DNA of 64,000 nt from NCBI RefSeq assembly GCF_009914755.1, contig NC_060947.1, one strand, 5' to 3'. Origin of the DNA: the human T2T-CHM13v2.0 reference genome, Homo sapiens. The notes beneath the pieces were generated by a model, which was given only the letters and a program-made list of their open reading frames with translations, searched no databases and was not told the DNA's origin. A program made the translations under genes and the position numbers. This document shows, in pieces, positions 12,317-27,650 of the stretch (the first letter of the stretch is position 1; the number at the start of each line of letters is the position of its first letter).

Positions 12317-13654
12317 TAGAAGAAAACAAGATTTACCTTTATATTCATAGTGACCCAGAGGATATTAACTGCATCTAGTTCATTTGAAGTCCAAAGAAGC
12401 CCATATAAGAATTAGAGGTATAGATTATTGGATTTAAAGGAAATAGGTAGAGTTCATCTATTTCTCTTGTATTACAACTGAGGAAACAGAACCAAAGAAG
12501 AAAGGGGATGTGCCTGAGGTCACACAGTGAGTTACTGGCAGTGTCAGAGTTTGACCTGGGCTCTAGCCATTGCCCTTATTTTATATAAATGAGACTGAGA
12601 CTTAGAGATTTACCAGAGGTCACACAGCTAGTTATGGGGGAAAGGCAAGGGTAACCTCTCTGCTTTGCCTCCATACCTTATATTCCCAGATAACCAAAGG
12701 GCTTTGTTGGACAGCTTATTCATTCAGGGGTTTCATATCTCAGGCCATAAGTTCAGTTATGTAAGAATACCACGTCTTCCTTCGGGCCAGTAATAGACCC
12801 TCCATCTTAGTTATTCCTAGTCATTTCAGGCTCCTTTGCTTGCTTCACAGCTGTATCCAAGTTCTGGAGATTTCCTAGTTTCCTCAGAATGGGATTGGGG
12901 TGGTGTAGGGGCTGGGGATGCTGGCATCCGCTTGGATGTGGCACATCTCATCTGATCCTTGGCTGAGGATTCAAGCCGATCACTGTTGCATTGTCCTTTA
13001 TTCGCCACCACAGGACTTCTCAGGTCCAGTCTCTCTCAGCCACTTCCATGCCCCTCAAAGACATAGGACACAGGATTTTCCTCCTTGTCTCTCTGGAGCT
13101 TCAGAAAATTAAATGGAGCTGAATCAGGCCCATTTATCTTGGGCCCATCTGTAGACATTTCTTGTGATCCCACATAAATCTGGGCTGTAGGTAACTACTC
13201 CTGTGTCCTTCCCAGTCCCACAGGATCAGTCTCCTTCTGAGTTCCCTAAACTAGTTGGGAAGTCCATGTTTCTTCCTGCCTCCAGAACTTTTCCCAGTGA
13301 AGTGACAGACATAAGACCTCTGCTCATGGCTCGCTGTGCTGACCCAATACACTACCAGGTTCCTCACTGACTCTCTGACTTTCCCATTCGGAATATTTTT
13401 ATATTGTTGTGGTGGTAAGGAAGGCTTTTCTCCCCATGTCCACTGTTTCTGGCCAGTCTTGGGATAAGGGATAAGGGAACCCAAAACCTGCTGCTGTCAG
13501 CCTGGGAAACATGGCAAATCATACACATTTCTTTTAGCTTCAGTAATCTATAACTCTAACTCTCATATGGACTTCTTTGGACTTCAAATGCACCAGATGC
13601 AGCTAATATCCTTTGCATCATACTTGATATAAAAATAACTCTGATTTTCTTCTA
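12317..13654. repeat. Diverged inverted repeat, arms 12317-12445 and 13527-13654
   Basis: Manual alignment: 63/71 identical between 12360-12430 and the reverse complement of 13541-13611, with weaker similarity on both flanks. Confidence 0.9.
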
Positions 13655-13840
13655 CAAAAAATTAAAAAATTAGCCAGGCATGGTGATGTACACTTGTAGT
13701 CTCAGCTGCTTGGGAGGCTGAGGCAGGAGGATTGCTTGAGCCCAGGAAGTCAAGGCTGCAGTGAGCTGTGATGGCGCGACTGCACTCCAACCTGCGTGAC
13801 AGAGCAAGACACTGTCTCAAACAAAAACAAAAACAAGAAA
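13651..13840 (+). mobile_element. AluJ right arm only (left monomer missing)
   Basis: Begins at the mid A-rich linker (tctacaaaaaattaaaaaattagccagg). aggaggattgcttgagcccagg is a J-type diagnostic. Ends in a (CAAAAA)n tail. Confidence 0.88.
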
Positions 13841-14474
13841 CTGTTGCTCTTAAATAATGATTTCTGCTTTGAGTTTTTTGTTATTAAGTATTTAAAAATT
13901 GATCCTTAGGTGCGCAGAAGTGAATTAAACATAATCCTTGTTTTAAGATACACCCTTATCATTGTTCCATGCATGGCTCTTTTTGCTTTAACTAGTTATT
14001 TATTTTCAATAGTTGTAATAGACCCCTTTCAAAACAAAAGCTAGAAAATTAGAACCTTAACAGTAACCTACACCTAATCATGTGTTCTACCCCCTATCAT
14101 ATCTCTACCTTCCCCTACCACCCACCACCTCAATTATCTTGAAACCCATGCTCATCATTCTCTTGTTTTCTTTTTCATATCATTTTATTGCATCCATGTG
14201 TTATAAAAACTAATTTTTAATTTTTAAAAACTGCCATGATTTTTAAAAATTAAAAATTACTTCTTATATTTAATTCTGTTAAAGAGGTATCATGTCTTAC
14301 CTTTGGGGACTTCATTTTTTGACCTAAAATCGTATCACTAACTTCATCAACATTGTTGTGTGTGACTCTAGATCACTCATTTTGACAGCTGTATGATATT
14401 GTGTCTTGTGACGATATCACAGCTTATTCATCTAGGCTCAAATTGATTGATACTTGTTTTGTTTCTATTGAACT

Positions 14475-14897
14475 TCAAAAGGAAACAATGGACTCTTTTA
14501 TTTTTATTTTTGTGGGTACGTGGTGTATCTATGGGGTATATGAGATGTTTTGATACAGGTATGCAATGCGAAACAAGTACATCATGGAGAATGGGGTATC
14601 CATCCCCTCAAGCATTTATCCTTCATGTTACAAACAATCCAATTACACTCTTTAAGCTATTTTAAAATGTACAATGAAGTTTTTTGTTGACTATAGTCCC
14701 CCTGTTGTGCTATCAAACACACAGGTCTTATTCATTCTTTCTACTTTTTCTGTATCAATTAGCGATCCCCACCTTCCTCCCACCCCCCACTACCCTTCCC
14801 AGCCTCTGGTAACCATCCTTCTACTCTCTATGTCCATGAGTGCAATTGTTTTAATTTTTAGATTCCACAAATAAGTGAGAACATGCGATGTTTGTTA
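14475..14897 (-). mobile_element. L1MA (about L1MA2/3) 3' end
   Basis: tatggggtatatgagatgttttgatacagg...atggggtatccatcccctcaagcatttatcc...gtgagaacatgcgatgtttg. Confidence 0.8.
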
Positions 14898-15938
14898 CCT
14901 CCATTATTTATGCTCTGTTGGCCCTACTCTGAGGCAATGGATGCTTTACAGTGAAGCTGCCTGAATGGGAAAGTGATAATGGAGTAACAGGAAACACCTG
15001 GAATGAAAGCACACATTGGTTTAATATGCCAAAAATAATCCCCCTCAAACTCAAAGGCTTTTACCTAATCAAACCCCAAGCATATTCATTGGTAAAAAGG
15101 AGTGGTCTTAGGGGAAAAAGGAAGTAGATACGGCTCCTTGCTGCTGAACCCAGGTACTGAAAAACCATCCCCAAAATGACTTGTTTTGCAGGAGCATCAT
15201 CTTTGTAATAAAAATGCAGTATATCAATTAGCCTATTTCTCCTCCCCCGTCTCCTGATAGTTTTGCTCAGAAAACAGGATAGGTGTGGTGGAGAAAGTTT
15301 AGGAAAGAATGTGGTTTTTGGCTCAATATTATAATTAGCATCCTTTAGTCATGTTTTAGATTATCTCCCCATTTACTAAAGAACATTGAATCTGCTAAAA
15401 TTATGCTGTCATTAGTGCCAACACAATTTGAATCTAGATTTCCTAAGATATTTTCCTTTCTCTGTCACAATTAAGTACCTCATGATACTGACAAGTGCCA
15501 CTTAGAGGCAAAATGCTGAAAATGAATAATTTTACTGGAGATCCTGGGTGAGAAGTATGTTTATAAGAGGAAAGGAGGTGGTTTATATGGCTTACAAAAG
15601 TATTTAAATATGGAACTGGCTTTGAGGATATTCTTTCCTTTTAATTCCCCAGCCTGTGGCTTATGAACCTTGATTTAGGGAAAAGATCAGGTAGATGGTT
15701 GGGGGAGGGGAGGTACGTGATGGATACTGTTTTAACTTTAGCCAAGGGGCAGCCAGCTGCTGCTTCCTAACTCTTACTCTTCCAAGGTCAATACAAGGCT
15801 TATTTTTCAGACTGGTGTCATGTGCTTAGCACTCTGAGAGGCATTTACTGGCAACTGTGATAGATGTTTTAAGGGGGAAATTGGTTGAAAAGTATTTTGG
15901 GAAAGTATTTTTTCTTTCACTACTCCCACTCCCACTAA

Positions 15939-16655
<717 letters not shown>

Positions 16656-16777
16656 TTATATGTTAAATGGGGAGAACCAACAAATTAGACATTAGAGACC
16701 CTTAAATTCCTAAAGCACATTATTTATTAGATTCTGTAGTTTCTTTGTGAGTGTCAGTGGGAATGAGAGTAGGGCAG

Positions 16778-17058
16778 TGCTATGATTTGAGTCTATCCCC
16801 ACCAAAACTCCTGTTGAAATTTGACCCCCAATGTGGTGGTGTTGGGAGGTAGGGCCTAGCGGGAGGTGTTTGGGTCATGGGGGCAGATCCCTCAAGAATG
16901 GTTTGGTGCCATACTCACAGTAGTGAGTGAGTTCTCATTCTAGTGAGACTGGGTTAGTTTTAAGGGGAATTGATTAGTTCCGGTGATAATGGGTTGTTAT
17001 AAAGCCAGGAGTCCCTTGGGTTTTGCCTCTTCACAGGTGTCTGCTTTCCTTTGACCTT
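16778..17058 (+). mobile_element. MSTB-type MaLR LTR, 3'-truncated
   Basis: tgctatgatttga...gggaggtgtttgggtcatgggggcagatccctc. It ends abruptly against an Alu fragment. Confidence 0.8.
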
Positions 17059-17059
17059 C

Positions 17060-17145
17060 GGCCTTGAACTTCTGGCCTCAAGTGATCCTCCCACCTCAGC
17101 CTCTCAAAGTGCTGGGATTACATGCGTGAGCCACTGTGTCTGGCT
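17060..17145 (-). mobile_element. Alu 5' fragment (about the first 85 bp)
   Basis: tgaacttctggcctcaagtgatcctcccacctcagcctctcaaagtgctgggattaca. Confidence 0.85.
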
Positions 17146-17504
17146 GGTCGTAATATTTTTGAGCCAACTTGACTATTTTACTATTTTGTTTCTTCATGCT
17201 TGTAGTGCATGCTTTGACCCATTTTGCAGAGAAGCTGACCATTTACTGAGTTGTCTCACTTGAGTCTCACATGTCCCATTAGGAAACTGAGGCTCAGGAA
17301 AGTTAAGTGGCTTGCCCAAAGTCATACAGCTTATAAATGGAGACTGCCACACTCCAGCACTCATGCCTTTAACCACTGTGATAACTATCTTGATCCAAAA
17401 AAAAAAAAAAAAAAGAATGAGATTCTATCTTTGAGCTAGTTCATTAAATAAGGAATGATATAAAGAATTTGTATCAATAAAAATATATCTTCTACTTTCT
17501 TTTC

Positions 17505-19060
17505 TTCTTTCATTCTTTCAACAAATACTTATCAGGCACCACATTTTAGCCAAGCACTGTTATAGACTCTGGGGACCATTGGTTAAAAAAATAGAAAAGA
17601 ATGAGAAAAAAATCGCTACCTTCACAGAGCATACATCTGGGTGGGAATAGGGGAGACAGGTAAAAGACAAGGTAAATGAGAAAAGTATATACTGTGGTAC
17701 GTTGTAATATATACTATGTTAGGTCAAACAGTGACGGAGTGTATACAATGAGGGTGGGGATGGAGTTTGCAATTCTGGGATAGGGTGAACTCACAGAGAA
17801 GGTGACATTTGAAGGGGCTACGGAAGTGAGCCATGTGGATATCTGGGATTAAAGTGTTCTAAGAAGAAGAAATAGCAAGTGCAAAGGCCCTAAGGTAGGA
17901 CAGTGCCTGGTGTGGTCAAGGAACAGCAAGGAGACCAGTGTGGTTGGAGAAGATAGAGTGAGGGAGATGAGGTCAGAGAGGGAACAGGGCCAGATCATGT
18001 AGGGCTTTGAAGGTAGGTCGTGGATAGGATGTTGGTTTTAACTCTGAGGGACAAGGTGAACTGTTAGGGGATTTTGAGAAAAGGAGTGTCATCTGATTGA
18101 TTGTTTAGTAGGATTGCCCTTGCTTCTCTGTTGAGAACAGGTTTACGTTGGGCCAGGACAGAAGCAGAAACAGCAGTTAGAAAGTCATTGTAATAATCCA
18201 TGCAAGATAAGATGGTAACTCGGGCCAGAGTGGCATAGTGCGCATGGTGAGAAGATGTCAAATTTTCAATAAAATTTGAAGGTGGAGTTGACAGTTTTCA
18301 ACAGATCAGATGTGAGGTATAGCTACAAGGTTTTGGATCTTAGCAAAAAGGAATAAAGATTTGCCACTTATTGAGATGAAAAAGACTATAATAGGAGCAG
18401 GTTAATGGAGGAAGACCAGGAATAGAGTTTTAAACATGTTAAATTTATAATACCTACCTGACATATAAGTGTGAATTTCAAATAGGTAGTTGGAGTCACC
18501 ACTGTATTGATGGTACATAAAATTAAGACCCAGGATGAGATCCTCTAAGGAATGAATGTAGATAAAGAAGAAAAGAGGTACTAGAACTGAGCCCTGGTTA
18601 CTCTAACATTTAGTGGTTGGGAAGATGAGGAGAAACCAGCAAAAAAGATTGAGAAGGATGGTCATAAAGGTAAACGACAAAGGAGTATAGCAGCCTAGAA
18701 ACCAAGTGAAGAAAGTATTATATGGAGGAGTGATCAGCAGCGAAAGAGCGCTGATGGATCAATTAGGATGAGAACTGGGAAGTAATCCTTGGATTTTACA
18801 ATATGGGTGTTGCTAGTGACCTTATAAGAGCAGTTCTGGAGGAGTGGTGGAAGCCAACATCCTATTAGAGCAGGTTCAAGAGAGTGTAGGAGGAAAGAAA
18901 TGGGGAGCTGAGAGTGTAGACAATTCTATTCATAAGTTTTTCTACAAAGGAAAAAAGAAAATATAGGTGGAGGAGGAAGTAGAGTCAAAAAGAAGTTTTG
19001 GCTTAAAGATGGGAGAGATAACAATATGTTTTTACACTTATTAGGGAAGTTCCAGCAGAG
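17505..19060 (-). mobile_element. L2a LINE remnant
   Basis: L2 3' end ttcattctttcaacaaatactta...caagcactg, followed by the typical L2 body (aaggtgacatttga, gagatgaggtcagagag). Confidence 0.8.
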
Positions 19061-19127
19061 AGAAATTTCTTAGTGCTCTCATCCCCCAGGTCTTTACTAG
19101 TTTGTGGCAGTTGTGTTGAGCTATGTG

Positions 19128-19240
19128 CAGTGGTTCTCAAGCTTTGCTGCATGCTATAATTACTTTGGGAGCTTTGCTTTTTAAAATTGTAATGCCCAGA
19201 CCAATTAAATCAGAATGTCTGGTTGAGGACCTAGGCATAT
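19128..19240. mobile_element. MER5-type hAT-Charlie fragment
   Basis: cagtggttctcaa terminus and ccaattaaatcagaat. Confidence 0.6.
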
Positions 19241-19242
19241 TG

Positions 19243-19243
<1 letters not shown>

Positions 19244-19276
<33 letters not shown>
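19244..19276 (+). repeat. (TG)n microsatellite
   Basis: About 16 TG units seen directly. Confidence 0.95.
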
Positions 19277-19280
<4 letters not shown>

Positions 19281-19909
19281 GTATTAATATTGACCAGGCC
19301 CTCTGCTAGATGACTCAGGGAGCACTAGAAAAGCCGTTTGCCCACATCTGGCTTCTCTCTCACCTTCTAGATCCTTAGGGTGAAGGCACTGCAAAGGAGG
19401 TAAAACAATATGCCATTATCAATCATTAACATCTTAGAGGAAATTGTTCCAGACCCTTGCCAGTGTGACAGCTAGCTTAACAGGAATTTGTCAGGGATGA
19501 GAGATGGCACAGATAATTTTTCCTTGAATAGAAAGAACAATTCTGCATTTCTTATTCCTTTGATTTCACATCGTGATTATAGTTGTTATTTTTGAGTCAG
19601 AAGTGCCCAGCAGGCTGCCTGTCATGGCCTTTGCTTTTTGCTTGTCATTGCAAGCAGAACACTGCATATGGGGTAGAGCAGCAGGCCATGCCCACCCAAA
19701 CTACAGTGCCTTCTCAGGCTTCAGAGTAGGGGGATGAGGCTTGAGGGCTCTTCCCTTTCTCCCTTCCTGCTGAGAATGTGGATGCACTAGTAGGTACACA
19801 GTGTCTCCTGAGGAAATCATACACAAGGTCTGATGCACTGTCACCTGAGAAGTCTAAACCATGTACTGTGGAAGCAAAGAGGAGGGATCAATTAATTCTT
19901 ACACAAATA

Positions 19910-20760
19910 CTTCATTCACATATTAATTCAAGAAATATTTACTGAGCACCTGTTAGGTGTCAGGTACTGTTTTAGGTAATTGGAATATATCAATGACAAA
20001 ACAATTCTTTGTAGAATTTATATTCTAATTGAAGAAGACAGAAAATAAACAATAATAAATGTAGTTGATATAATTTTTGTCTCTGAATGTTCATCTTCCT
20101 TCTATCTATACTCTTTGCCATGTGGCTGTATAGTTTCTCTTATTAGAGACAGAGTGTGTTATTTTGTATTATCCCGTTAATGTTGGTTTTTGTCATAAGA
20201 CTTGCGTTGGCCAATGGAATATTGATAGAGGTGATGTTTACAAAAGCTTAAAATGTGATTGTGTGTTTGGGCTTGCTTTCTTGTGCTTCTACCATAAGCT
20301 TGAGAAAGATATGTCCCTGGTAGCCTACTGGTCCAAGGAAGATAAGAAACAAGTGGAGGATGATTAGATACAAATAGCAGCTTGGAGCCAACTCCCAGTC
20401 AATCCAGAGATATGTGATTGAGAACAAATGATTGTTGTTCTAAGTCACTGAGAATTGGGATGGTATGTTAGTGCAAACTATTTTGACAATACTTGGCTGA
20501 TAGATAGATAGATAGATAGATATATTGATGTATACATACATATATAGGTATGTTAGAAGATACTAAGTGCTGTGGAAAAGATAAACATTAGAAGTGTGAG
20601 GCAGATTAAGAGTGCTGGAGTCAAGGAATGATTTGCAATATTAAATAGGGTGATTGGTGTGGCAGGAGGGGAGAGTGATGGGGGAAAGTTGTGAGGGATA
20701 AGGACAAGGTAGGGATCAGATCATGCTAGGCCTTGCAGGCCACTGAAAGGACTTTAATCA
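19910..20760. mobile_element. L2 remnant (-) interrupted by an MLT1-type LTR (about 20075-20500, +) and a (GATA)n run
   Basis: L2 end ttcaagaaatatttactgagcacct. MLT1 motifs ttggccaatggaat and gttctaagtcactgag. gatagatagata at about 20498-20521. Confidence 0.65.
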
Positions 20761-20795
20761 GCTGTTTATCTAAGGAACCGCATTTTCTTTCTTTT

Positions 20796-20840
<45 letters not shown>

Positions 20841-21044
20841 TTATACTTTAAGTTTTAGGGTACATGTGCACATTGTGCATGTTAGTTACATATGTATACA
20901 TGTGCCATGCTGGTGCACTGCATCCACTAACTCCTCATCTAGCATTAGGTATATCTCCCAATGCTATCCCTCCCCCCTCCCCCCACCCCACAACAGTCCC
21001 CAGAGTGTGATATTCCCCTTCCTGTGTCCATGTGATCTCATTGT

Positions 21045-24870
<3,826 letters not shown>

Positions 24871-24933
24871 TATGATGTTAGCTGGTTCTTTTGCTGGTTA
24901 GTTGATGCAGTTTCTTCCTAGTCTCGATGGTCT

Positions 24934-25950
24934 TTACATTTTGGCATGATTTTGCAGTGGCTGGTACCAGTTGTTCCTTTCCATGTTTAGTGCTTCCTTC
25001 AGGAGCTCTTTTAGGGCAGGCCTGGTGGTGACAAAATCTCTCAGCATTTGCTTGTCTGTAAAGTATTTTATTTCTCCTTCAATTATGAAGCTTAGTTTGG
25101 CTGGATATGAAATTCTGGGTTGAAAATTATTTTCTTTAAGAATGTTGAATATTGGCCCCCACTCTCTTCTGGCTTGTAGGGTTTCTGCTGAGAGATCTGC
25201 TGTTAGTCTGATGGGCTTCCCTTTGAGGGTAACCCGACCTTTCTCTCTGGCTGCCCTTAACATTTGTTCCTTCATTTCAACTTTGGTGAATCTGACAATT
25301 GTGTGTCTTGGAGTTGCTCTTCTCGAGGAGTATCTTTGTGGCGTTCTCTGTATTTCCTGAATCTGAACGTTGGCCTGCCTTGCTAGATTGGGGAAGTTCT
25401 CCTGGATAATATCCTGCAGAGTGTTTTCCAACTTGGTTGCATCCTCCCCATCATTTTCAGGTACACCAATCAGACGTAGATTTGGTCTTTTCACATAGTC
25501 CCATATTTCTTGGAGGCTTTGCTCATTTCTTTTTATTCTTTTTTCTCTAAACTTCCCTTCTCGCTTCATTTCATTCATTTCATCTTCCATTGCTGATACC
25601 CTTTCTTCCAGTTGATCGCATCGGCTCCTGAGGCTTCTGCATTCTTCACGTAGCTCTCGAGCCTTGGTTTTCAGCTCCATCAGCTCCTTTAAGCACTTCT
25701 CTGTATTGGTTATTCTAGTTATACATTCTTCTAAATTTTTTTCAAAGTTTTCAACTTCTTTGCCTTTGGTTTGAATGTCCTCCCGTAGCTCGGAGTAATT
25801 TGATAATCTGCAGCCTTCTTCTCTCAGCTCGTCAAAGTCATTCTCCATCCAGCTTTGTTCCATTGCTGGTGAGGAACTGCGTTCCTTTGGAGGAGGAGAG
25901 GCACTCTGCTTTTTAGAGTTTCCAGTTTTTCTGTTCTGTTTTTTCCCCAT
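24934..25950 (-). CDS. L1 ORF1: LINE-1 ORF1p, intact 338 aa (coiled coil, RRM, CTD RNA chaperone)
   Basis: MGKKQNRKTGNSK...NHAKM. The REKG, ARR and YPAKLS motifs are retained. Confidence 0.95.
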   Translation of the reverse strand: MGKKQNRKTGNSKKQSASPPPKERSSSPAMEQSWMENDFDELREEGCRLSNYSELREDIQTKGKEVENFEKNLEECITRITNTEKCLKELMELKTKARELREECRSLRSRCDQLEERVSAMEDEMNEMKREGKFREKRIKRNEQSLQEIWDYVKRPNLRLIGVPENDGEDATKLENTLQDIIQENFPNLARQANVQIQEIQRTPQRYSSRRATPRHTIVRFTKVEMKEQMLRAAREKGRVTLKGKPIRLTADLSAETLQARREWGPIFNILKENNFQPRISYPAKLSFIIEGEIKYFTDKQMLRDFVTTRPALKELLKEALNMERNNWYQPLQNHAKM

Positions 25951-26846
25951 CTTTGTGGTTTTATCTACTTTTGGTCTTTGATGATGGTGATGTACAGATG
26001 GGTTTTTGGTGTGGATGTCCTTTCTGTTTGTTAGTTTTCCTTCTAACAGACAGGACCCTCAGCTGCAGGTCTGTTGGAGTACCCTGCCTTGTGAGGTGTC
26101 AGTGTGCCCCTGCTGGGGGGTGCCTCCCAGTTAGGCTGCTCAGGGGTCAGGGACCCACTTGAGGAGGCAGTCTGCCCGTTCTCAGATCTCCAGCTGCGTG
26201 CTGGGAGAACCACTGCTCTCTTCAAAGCTGTCAGACAGGGACATTTAAGTCTGCAGAGGTTACTGCTGTCTTTTTGTTTGTCTGTGCCCTGCCCCCAGAG
26301 GTGGAGCCTACAGAGGCAGGCAGGCCTCCTTGAGCTGTGGTGGGCTCCACCCAGTTGGAGCTTCCTGGCTGCTTTGTTTACCTAAGCAAGCCTGGGCAAT
26401 GGCGGTCGCCCCTCCCCCAGCCTCGCTGCCACCTTGCAGTTTGATCTCAGGCTGCTGTGCTAGCAATCAGCGAGACTCCGTGGGCGTAGGACCCTCCGAG
26501 CCAGTTGCGGGATATAATCTCCTGGTGCGCCGTTTTTTAAGCTGGTTGGAAAAGCACAGTATTCGGGTGGGAGTGACCCGATTTTCCAGGTGCGTCCGTC
26601 ACCCCTTTCTTTGACTCGGAAAGGGAACTCCCTGACCCCTTGCACTTCCCAAGTGAGGCAATGCCTTGCCCTGCTTCGGCTCGTGCACGGTGCGCGCACC
26701 CACTGACCTGCGCCCACTGTCTGGCACTCCCTAGTGAGATGAACCTGGTACCTCAGATGGAAATGCAGAAATCACCCATCTTATGCGTCGCTCACGCTGG
26801 GAGCTGTAGACAGGAGCTGTTCCTATTCGGCCATCTTTGCTCCTCC
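25951..26846 (-). promoter_or_regulatory. L1 5'UTR internal sense promoter and antisense promoter (ASP fires toward the + strand)
   Basis: CpG-rich L1 5'UTR with the YY1 core aagatggcc near the 5' end. Promoter activity is inferred from family knowledge. Confidence 0.7.
26399..26614 (+). CDS. L1 ORF0: LINE-1 antisense ORF0, intact 71 aa
   Basis: MAVAPPPASLPPCSLISGCCASNQRDSVGVGPSEP...RFSRCVRHPFL matches the known primate ORF0 peptide. ATG is at 26399. Confidence 0.85.
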   Translation: MAVAPPPASLPPCSLISGCCASNQRDSVGVGPSEPVAGYNLLVRRFLSWLEKHSIRVGVTRFSRCVRHPFL

Positions 26847-27384
26847 AGGAACCGCATTTTCAAGACCACCTTCTGAGTTCTAAAAATGCTTATTACTACT
26901 GGGTTGGTTGTTATGCCTTTTAAGTACAATACTCTATGAGTATGTACTGATATTACCAATTATACTTCGTATGACATAGGATTTTATTAAACTCTTCTAC
27001 CTTACATCTATATCTCCTTGGGAATCCTTGCTCTCAAGGGTAGCAGTATTGATAGAATCAGACTATCACTCAATTGTTCATTTGCTTTATTCCATACAAA
27101 GCTGAAATGTACCTATGTTCTGGCCCAGCAAGTCTACTTCTATGTATTTATTCTGAGAGGAATGCTCTTCTATGCACAAAAAGAGGCATGTACCAGGATG
27201 TTCTTTATGGTCTTATTCACAGAAGAGGAAAAAAAATAAAAAACAACCTAGATGTTAATCAGTAGGGTAGTGGGAAAGCCAAACTTGGTGCTTCCATATT
27301 ATGAAATACTTTGCAGCAGGATAAAAATGAAATTTATATATGTAAAATATTCAAAACATTGTTGGGGGGGAAGTGAGTTACAGG

Positions 27385-27650
27385 ATAATAATAAATCATA
27401 GCATTTATTGAGGGCTTAATTTATGCCAGACATTGTCTCAAGTCCTTTATATGTACTAATTATTGCCATTGTCATAACCCTACCTATGTGGTTGGCAATA
27501 TCATTATCCCCCTTTTACAGATGGAAAAACACAGGTACAAAAGTTTTGAAGAAATTCACTAAGGTCACATAGCTCATAAGTGCTACAATGTGGATTTGAA
27601 TTCAAGCAGTTTGACAATAGAACCTATGATCTTAACCTCCATTTTATACC
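27385..27650 (-). mobile_element. MIR SINE
   Basis: attatcccccttttacagatggaaaaac...aaggtcacatagct. Confidence 0.7.
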
